NCBI GenBank assembly: GCA_029215985.1
Contig: JAEMVC010000008.1
Location: 14,997-78,996, forward strand
Length of the DNA stretch: 64,000 bases
DNA from: Sulfurimonas sp. SAG-AH-194-C21
GTDB lineage: Bacteria; Campylobacterota; Campylobacteria; Campylobacterales; Sulfurimonadaceae
Direction: 5' to 3'
Shown piece by piece: positions 58,013-64,000 of the stretch; the stretch's first letter is position 1; each line of letters begins with the position of its first letter. The translations under genes were made by a program, and so were the position numbers. The notes beneath the pieces were generated by a model that was not told where the DNA came from, did no database searches, and saw nothing but the letters and a program-made list of their open reading frames with translations.

Positions 58013-59083
58013 TCAAAGTTTTCCGTACATTTCATTGTAAAAGTTAAGTGCATATCTATCACTCATACTTGCTATATAGTCGGCGATTACTCTATGCTTT
58101 TTACGAGTTTGTAACTGTTTATAGTAAAACTTTGGAAGCATTTTTTCTTCTTCCATAAGCCCAGTATACAAACCTTTTATAGCCTGTTTTCCTGCATACA
58201 TCTTACGCACTATACTTTTATGCTGATACATCTTCGTAAACATCAATTTTTTGAGTTTTTTAAGTTTTGTCTCTAGCTCTTTGTTCATACCTATTGGTGT
58301 TTCATTTGTGGTATCTTTAAGGCGAGGTTCTGAGTACTCAAGAAGTGAATAAACAAGATGATTTATAAGATGTGAGCTAAATCTATAACGAAACATTTCA
58401 TCATTCTCTTCACCTACACCCTCAGCTTCAACCTTTGCGAGTATCTCTCGTACCAATTCACTCTCTTTTAAGTCCTCAAAGCTAATAAGTCCAGAGTTTA
58501 CACCATCATCAATGTCATGACTTGTATAGGCTATCTCATCAGCCCTATCTACTATCATCGCCTCAAAAGATGGGTGCTTATCTAAATTGAACTGCTCATG
58601 AATAGAAGCTGGTAAAAAAGACTTGTGATAAGGATATGAGTGTTTTAAAATGCCCTCTAATGTAGCAAAAGTAAGGTTAAGTCCATCAAAACCTTTATAG
58701 CGTTTTTCTAAACGCGAGACTACACGAAAACTCTGAAAGTTATGCTCAAAACCATTAGTAAAACCATCTGCTTTTAAACACTCATCTAAGGTATCGCCAC
58801 CGACATGACCAAAAGGAGTATGTCCTAAGTCATGTGCAAGTGCTATTGCCTCAGACAAAGACTCGTTAAGTCCTAAAGTTGAAGTGATTGAGCGAGCTAT
58901 TTGTGAAACTTCTATAGAGTGTGTAAGGCGGGTACGGAAAAAATCACCCTCATGGTTTAAAAAAACCTGCGTTTTATACTCTAACTTACGAAATGAGCCT
59001 GAGTGGATAATTCTATCACGGTCACGTGCAAAAGGATTACGAAAGTCTTTATCTATCTTGTGAAATCTATCTTCTTTTTTCAT
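58013..59083 (-). CDS. dgt: Deoxyguanosinetriphosphate triphosphohydrolase family protein
   Basis: RDRDRIIHS, RTRLTHS, AHDLGHTPFGH. Confidence 0.93.
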   Translation of the reverse strand: MKKEDRFHKIDKDFRNPFARDRDRIIHSGSFRKLEYKTQVFLNHEGDFFRTRLTHSIEVSQIARSITSTLGLNESLSEAIALAHDLGHTPFGHVGGDTLDECLKADGFTNGFEHNFQSFRVVSRLEKRYKGFDGLNLTFATLEGILKHSYPYHKSFLPASIHEQFNLDKHPSFEAMIVDRADEIAYTSHDIDDGVNSGLISFEDLKESELVREILAKVEAEGVGEENDEMFRYRFSSHLINHLVYSLLEYSEPRLKDTTNETPIGMNKELETKLKKLKKLMFTKMYQHKSIVRKMYAGKQAIKGLYTGLMEEEKMLPKFYYKQLQTRKKHRVIADYIASMSDRYALNFYNEMYGKL

Positions 59084-59616
59084 TAGGCTTTTTTAATAAA
59101 CTCAGTTTTAATAAATATTTTTGTGCCATTCACACGACCTTCTACATGACCAGCGTCACCTGGGGCTAATCCTATACGAGTAACTGTAGTCCCGCGTTTA
59201 GCAGTAAAACCAGCACCTTTAACTTCTAAGTCTTTAAGAATTACTATAGAGTCACCAGTTTTAAGTTCAACACCATTTGCATCTCTATAAACAAGCTTGT
59301 TTGCTTCCGCGTTTACAGCTTGCTCTGCGAGTTTTAACTCATCCTCTTCAAGATACATCATCTCTACCATATCTTGACGACCGAGTCTATTCCAAAGAAT
59401 ATATGACATTATCTTTGCAGCTGGTATTTCTGACCACATTGCATCATTCAAACAGTTAAAATGATTCTCATCTAAGTCCTCAGACTCTATCTGAGTATTA
59501 CAGTTTGAGCAAAGATAAACACTCTGCTCTTCACTCGAATCACTTATAGGCAACTCGACTAACGCCACATCTATTTCGCTTGAACAGAGTTCACATATAT
59601 TGCTACGATTTGCCAT
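59083..59616 (-). CDS. PhnA domain protein
   Basis: CELC, C..C, CLNDAMWSE, DANG..L..GD...KDL.VKGA. Confidence 0.9.
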   Translation of the reverse strand: MANRSNICELCSSEIDVALVELPISDSSEEQSVYLCSNCNTQIESEDLDENHFNCLNDAMWSEIPAAKIMSYILWNRLGRQDMVEMMYLEEDELKLAEQAVNAEANKLVYRDANGVELKTGDSIVILKDLEVKGAGFTAKRGTTVTRIGLAPGDAGHVEGRVNGTKIFIKTEFIKKA

Positions 59617-59618
59617 TA

Positions 59619-59840
59619 TTAATTTTCTTCTTTATCAAATTTTATATCTTTATCAGATACTTTTTTCTCTTCTACTACTTTGTGAAAAGCCTTATCCGCC
59701 TCTTTTTCATTATAGTCCCTACACTCTTGTGGAACAGTTGCCCCAGGTTCACGAGCTACTTGATCACACATCGTACCATTAATAGTAAAGTTTGCACAGC
59801 CACTTAAAATAAGTGCTATTAGTACTGTTATTTTATACAT
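59619..59840 (-). CDS. Small lipoprotein
   Basis: Lipobox LSGC; C...P.EC..Y. Confidence 0.75.
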   Translation of the reverse strand: MYKITVLIALILSGCANFTINGTMCDQVAREPGATVPQECRDYNEKEADKAFHKVVEEKKVSDKDIKFDKEEN

Positions 59841-60693
59841 TTAAATCCCTACTTTTTTTAATAATTAAATCTAAATATTTTTGAGGTGTTACACTCATCA
59901 TCTCTTGAGCAAGCCAACGTATTTGAAAAAATGCTGCACCACTATCACGAAGAGTGAAGTAGTTTTTGAGACTTCTTAGGTTAAATGTTACAACCATATC
60001 TACTTTTACATTATCACTGATAATATGTTTAAAAGCATCCCCAACATTACGTTTTTTCTTTCCCGATTGAAGTACCGCATAAAGTCCTGCACTATCTCCA
60101 GTGAACTCTTCTAAAAAAGGAAGTGAGCTTTTCGCGACACTAATGCCGTAAAAGTCCTCTACTCTGTTAAACTGGAAGTTTAATTTATTATACATTCCAG
60201 CAATTTCAACACGGTTATAAGCTTCATCAGCAGTTACAAACATATCAAATTCAAGAACGGTTTTGATAAAGAACTCTTCACCTTCAGCCTCTTGTGCAGC
60301 TTGTTTTGAAGCAACAAAAGCATTGATAAGTGAGCTCATAGTATAACGAGTAGAACGAACAGAGATAGCTTGAATACGATGACGAGCATGTTCTTGAAGT
60401 ACACCACGAGAAGTTCCACGGATAAGAAAAGAGAGGTTTGCATGTTCTAAAATTGAGTGGTGAAAATATGCCCAAGCAAGGTCATCTAAAAGAGCAGAGT
60501 CATCAATGGCGTTTAACTCATCAAGCATACCATCATCTGGCATCTGTGTCTCTAAATTTTTGATGACTTGGTTTTCACTGTTTGAAAAGGAGTCATAACA
60601 AGTTCGAGCAGCAGTTTCAGCCACCCCTATACCTGTATCTTGAAGTAAAACTACTTCGGGTTTAGTGTATTGTATCCCATATACTTCTTCCAT
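59833..60693 (-). CDS. thyX: FAD-dependent thymidylate synthase
   Basis: AARTCY, H.SILEH, SR..LQE.ARHR...SVRSTRY, NLRSL; start set at ATG 60693 after AGGTGG. Confidence 0.93.
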   Translation of the reverse strand: MEEVYGIQYTKPEVVLLQDTGIGVAETAARTCYDSFSNSENQVIKNLETQMPDDGMLDELNAIDDSALLDDLAWAYFHHSILEHANLSFLIRGTSRGVLQEHARHRIQAISVRSTRYTMSSLINAFVASKQAAQEAEGEEFFIKTVLEFDMFVTADEAYNRVEIAGMYNKLNFQFNRVEDFYGISVAKSSLPFLEEFTGDSAGLYAVLQSGKKKRNVGDAFKHIISDNVKVDMVVTFNLRSLKNYFTLRDSGAAFFQIRWLAQEMMSVTPQKYLDLIIKKSRDLNV

Positions 60694-60781
60694 AAATCCA
60701 CCTAAAGAGTTTATCATGAATATGTGCTATACATACTCTTGTTTATGCCTTATATTACTATAAAATACCTTTATTTATACA

Positions 60782-61420
60782 CTATCTTTGAACACCATCT
60801 AAAACAGGTACAAAATCACAATCCTCAAGCTCTTCTTCTTCTATATTTTCTCCATTTTTGATAAAACGAGTGATGACTTGTTTACCATCTCTCTCCATTG
60901 GAGCTACAAGGATTCCACCATCTGCTAACTGCTCAAAAAGTTTTGCGGGTATCTCTTTTGCGGTTGCTGAAAAGAGTATGCGGTCATATGGAGCATAAGA
61001 AATCCAACCATTTTGTCCATCATCAGTACGGGTGTGAATATTTTGAATATTTAGATTTTTAAAACGTTTTTTTGCTTCAATCATTAGAGGTTCTATGCGT
61101 TCTATCGTAAAAACTCCACGAAAAAGTTGTGCTAAAACTGCTGCTTGATAGCCACTACCACAACCAATCTCAAGAACCCTATCTGCACCACGAGGGAAAA
61201 GGTACTCAGTCATTTTTGCTACTGTTAAAGGAGAGCTTATAAACTGTGCTGCTCCTATTGGGAGGGCATCGAGCTTATATGCACTATGCTTAAAACCTGT
61301 TGCCACAAAAGCTTCTCTATTGGTCTTAGCTATCGCCTCTTTTATCTCAGGTGAGAGTGAAAATATCTTCTCAATCTCATCTGCCATTCGTGCTGTTTTA
61401 GTTGCTGTAATTCTGTCCAA
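60782..61420 (-). CDS. pcm: Protein-L-isoaspartate O-methyltransferase
   Basis: ISSP..VA.M, VLEIGCGSGYQAA, APYDRI, FVP. Confidence 0.95.
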   Translation of the reverse strand: MDRITATKTARMADEIEKIFSLSPEIKEAIAKTNREAFVATGFKHSAYKLDALPIGAAQFISSPLTVAKMTEYLFPRGADRVLEIGCGSGYQAAVLAQLFRGVFTIERIEPLMIEAKKRFKNLNIQNIHTRTDDGQNGWISYAPYDRILFSATAKEIPAKLFEQLADGGILVAPMERDGKQVITRFIKNGENIEEEELEDCDFVPVLDGVQR

Positions 61421-61421
61421 G

Positions 61422-62165
61422 TTATTCTATACCTATGTCAATATATCTTCTCATTAAAGTTATATTTTTTTGATTATATGTCTGTACTAAGCAAGGCTTA
61501 TTCCCATTTAAAGTCACTTCACCCTGTGGCGAAATAATAGCACTCATTGCACTGCACTCTGCGTTTAATGCATCTGCACAAACAAGATAGCACTGATTCA
61601 TTATAGCAAGTGCTTGTGTAAGTGTTTTAAAATGCTCACTTCGTGGTTTCCCCCACCAAGCAGGTACTAAAATCACATCAGCACCCTCAGCTTTTATCCA
61701 CAACTCTTTAAAACGCAGCTCAAAACAGATAAAAATCGCACATTTAATGCCATCTATCTCAAAAAGTTCAATAGCTTCATCATTACCTTCACTCATGTAC
61801 TTCTCTTCACTTCCTAGTCGAAATAACCTCGCCTTAGCCCTCTCATGTATGATTTCTTCGTTATGAAAGACCTTCACTACATTAAAAACTTCACCCTCTC
61901 TTTTTTCTAACATAGTTAAAACCACTGTTTTATCTTTAGAGGCACTTAAAAGTTCCTCTGTCGCATATTCACTAAACGCAGTCGCCTTATCCAAGTTATC
62001 ATAATCAAAGCCTGTTAGACATACCTCATGGGCTAAGACAATAGTCTCAGTATCAGTCTGTTCGATAAGTTGGAGAAGTGTTTGGAGGTTAGTTGAGTAG
62101 TTAGGTGTAGTCTCAAAGAGTAAGGAGCAGAGAGCCTGCTCTTGTGTTTTAGAAGTCATCATCAA
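61422..62165 (-). CDS. Carbon-nitrogen hydrolase family protein
   Basis: [18 protein letters not shown]. Confidence 0.9.
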   Translation of the reverse strand: MMMTSKTQEQALCSLLFETTPNYSTNLQTLLQLIEQTDTETIVLAHEVCLTGFDYDNLDKATAFSEYATEELLSASKDKTVVLTMLEKREGEVFNVVKVFHNEEIIHERAKARLFRLGSEEKYMSEGNDEAIELFEIDGIKCAIFICFELRFKELWIKAEGADVILVPAWWGKPRSEHFKTLTQALAIMNQCYLVCADALNAECSAMSAIISPQGEVTLNGNKPCLVQTYNQKNITLMRRYIDIGIE

Positions 62166-63171
62166 AAGTCAAACTACCCTTAGAGTAGTTTGTTACAGTT
62201 CCTTCAAAAAAGTTTGTTTTTTGGTCGTTAAATTTTGCGAAATCATCTACCCATTTGATAGGGTTAGAAACATTGTATAGTTTATCAAACCCAACAGCAC
62301 TTAATCTCTCATCTGCTAAAAACTTGATGTACTGCTCAACGATATCATCAGTTAGACCTAAAATCTGTCCCTGAGTGATGTACTGTCCCCAGTCCGTTTC
62401 TAACTGTACAGCTTCTTTAAACATCTCTATAACTGCTGCTTTAAGCTCTGGTGTAAAGAGGTCAGCGCGCTCTTTACGAAGTGTGTTTATAAGATTTTGA
62501 AAAAGAACTAAGTGTGTTACCTCGTCGCGTTGAATAAAACGAATCATCTGTGCAGATCCAAGCATTTTTCCTGAACGTGCAAGTGTATAAATGTAAGTAA
62601 ATCCACTATAAAAGTAGATACCTTCAAGTATCTGGTTTGCAAAACACGCTTTAACAAAATTTGTCTCAGTAGGATTTTTTGCAAGTTCTAAATATATCTT
62701 AGCGATAGCATCATTTTTTGTCTTAAGCATCATATCTCTACGCCATAACTCATAAATCTCTTCAGAGTTTGTTGAAATACTATCAACCATAACTGCATAC
62801 GATTGTGAGTGAAGAGCCTCTTCAAATGACTGACGTACTAAAATGAGGTTTACCTCCGGAGAAGTCACATAAGGGTTAATATTGTCGATAATATTGTTAG
62901 TCTGGAGTGAATCCATAAAGATCAACTGTGAAAGTGCCTTATCATATGCTGTTTTTTCAGCGCTTGTAAGGTTTTTGTAATCATTTACATCACGGGTCAT
63001 GTCCACTTCTTTAGGGAACCATGTGTTATTTAACATCATTTCCCAAAGGTTATATGCCCACTGATATTTTATGTTGTTAAGCTCAAAGATACCCGTCGGG
63101 TTACCACCAAAAATCTTTCTATCGTTTACATTTTCAGTCGATTCAGGGTTATAAATCTTTTTTCTTTCCAT
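62149..63171 (-). CDS. nrdB: Ribonucleotide reductase class I beta subunit
   Basis: [35 protein letters not shown]. Confidence 0.96.
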   Translation of the reverse strand: MERKKIYNPESTENVNDRKIFGGNPTGIFELNNIKYQWAYNLWEMMLNNTWFPKEVDMTRDVNDYKNLTSAEKTAYDKALSQLIFMDSLQTNNIIDNINPYVTSPEVNLILVRQSFEEALHSQSYAVMVDSISTNSEEIYELWRRDMMLKTKNDAIAKIYLELAKNPTETNFVKACFANQILEGIYFYSGFTYIYTLARSGKMLGSAQMIRFIQRDEVTHLVLFQNLINTLRKERADLFTPELKAAVIEMFKEAVQLETDWGQYITQGQILGLTDDIVEQYIKFLADERLSAVGFDKLYNVSNPIKWVDDFAKFNDQKTNFFEGTVTNYSKGSLTFDDDF

Positions 63172-63310
63172 TTTTTGAGCTCCAATAAATTTATGTTTAT
63201 GATTATAGCTTTGTGCGTATTAAAGTAAAGTTATTCAGTTAAGATTTATATTTTATAAGATAAGATTTAATAATATAAATTTATGAGATTTTATAAAAGA
63301 AAGGTTTAGT

Positions 63311-64000
63311 ATAAAAGAGTTCTCTCCTTCATTACTTTTACAAAACAGGCATATGCAAACTATCTACTCTACCCTGTTTAGAAAAGTACTTCCTCTAAAA
63401 TTTACAAAAGAAAAATTTAGATTCAGTGATGGTGATTTTTTAGAAGCTTATTGGCACTATACAAGTAAAAATACAGATACTACTCCCATAGTTATACTCT
63501 TTCACGGACTTACTGGCTCATTTAAGTCTCCATATATTCGAGGCATCATGCAAGAGCTCTCTCTTAATGGTTTTAACTCTGTGCTTATGCATTTTCGTGG
63601 TTGTGCAACACAAGAGAACCTTCTCCCTCGATCGTATCATAGTGGTGAAACCGGTGATGCCTTAGAATTTATACAGAGTCTCCATATAAAGTTCCCAAAC
63701 AGAAAACTGTATGGAGTCTCTTATTCACTTGGTGCTAACATGCTCTTAAAACTCTTAGGAGAGCAAAAAGAGCACTCACTTCTAAGTAAAGTAGTCGCAG
63801 TATCCCCTCCTATGCAACTTGATATTTGTGCGACCACTATGGATAAAGGATTCGCAAAGTATTATCAATACAGACTGCTTCAAGAACTCAAAAACACCTT
63901 AAATAAAAAGTATGACAGACACGATATGCATAAGATTCTAAACTTTAAACGCAGTGATATTAAAAAACTTAATAGTTTTTGGAAATATGATGATGTGTTC
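63311..64000 (+). CDS. YheT-like alpha/beta hydrolase, 3'-truncated by the window; start uncertain
   Basis: Own translation: FSP...NRHMQT, DGDFL, FHGLTGS..SPY, HFRGC, YHSGETGD, YSLGANML. Confidence 0.88.
   Translation, partial: MKEFSPSLLLQNRHMQTIYSTLFRKVLPLKFTKEKFRFSDGDFLEAYWHYTSKNTDTTPIVILFHGLTGSFKSPYIRGIMQELSLNGFNSVLMHFRGCATQENLLPRSYHSGETGDALEFIQSLHIKFPNRKLYGVSYSLGANMLLKLLGEQKEHSLLSKVVAVSPPMQLDICATTMDKGFAKYYQYRLLQELKNTLNKKYDRHDMHKILNFKRSDIKKLNSFWKYDDVF

Noticed and set aside
58013-59083. dGTPase as an anti-phage defence gene
   Set aside because: Short housekeeping-type enzyme in a nucleotide-metabolism run (nrdB, thyX) with no defence context

Overview
AT-rich chromosomal window from a Campylobacterota bacterium, probably Sulfurimonas-like (inferred from gene content). 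Housekeeping blocks: radical SAM protein, cis/trans isomerase, tRNA-Ser, cobU-cobS-cobC, yajQ, an anchor-less SdhAB/FrdAB pair, purT, fliK-flgD-flgE-flgE, dnaG, rpsU, dgt, thyX, pcm, nrdB. Two accessory regions stand out. (1) About 20.8-35.1 kb, next to the hook genes, is a cluster of uncharacterised envelope proteins: a 9x PKD lipoprotein, two SPOR-like/beta-barrel paralogs and a tight 7-gene operon around a 1272-aa secreted protein. Up to four operon proteins share a C-terminal domain seen by eye, and back-to-back sigma54 motifs lie at the left end. (2) About 36.8-53.6 kb is a metal-response region: a 1254-aa lipoprotein multicopper oxidase, a paralog ending in 11 tandem D-x-N-x-T glycosylation sequons, a two-component system, three promoters sharing an 11-bp direct repeat, and a CzcCBA-type pump. 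All family calls come from motif recognition by eye; no searches were run.
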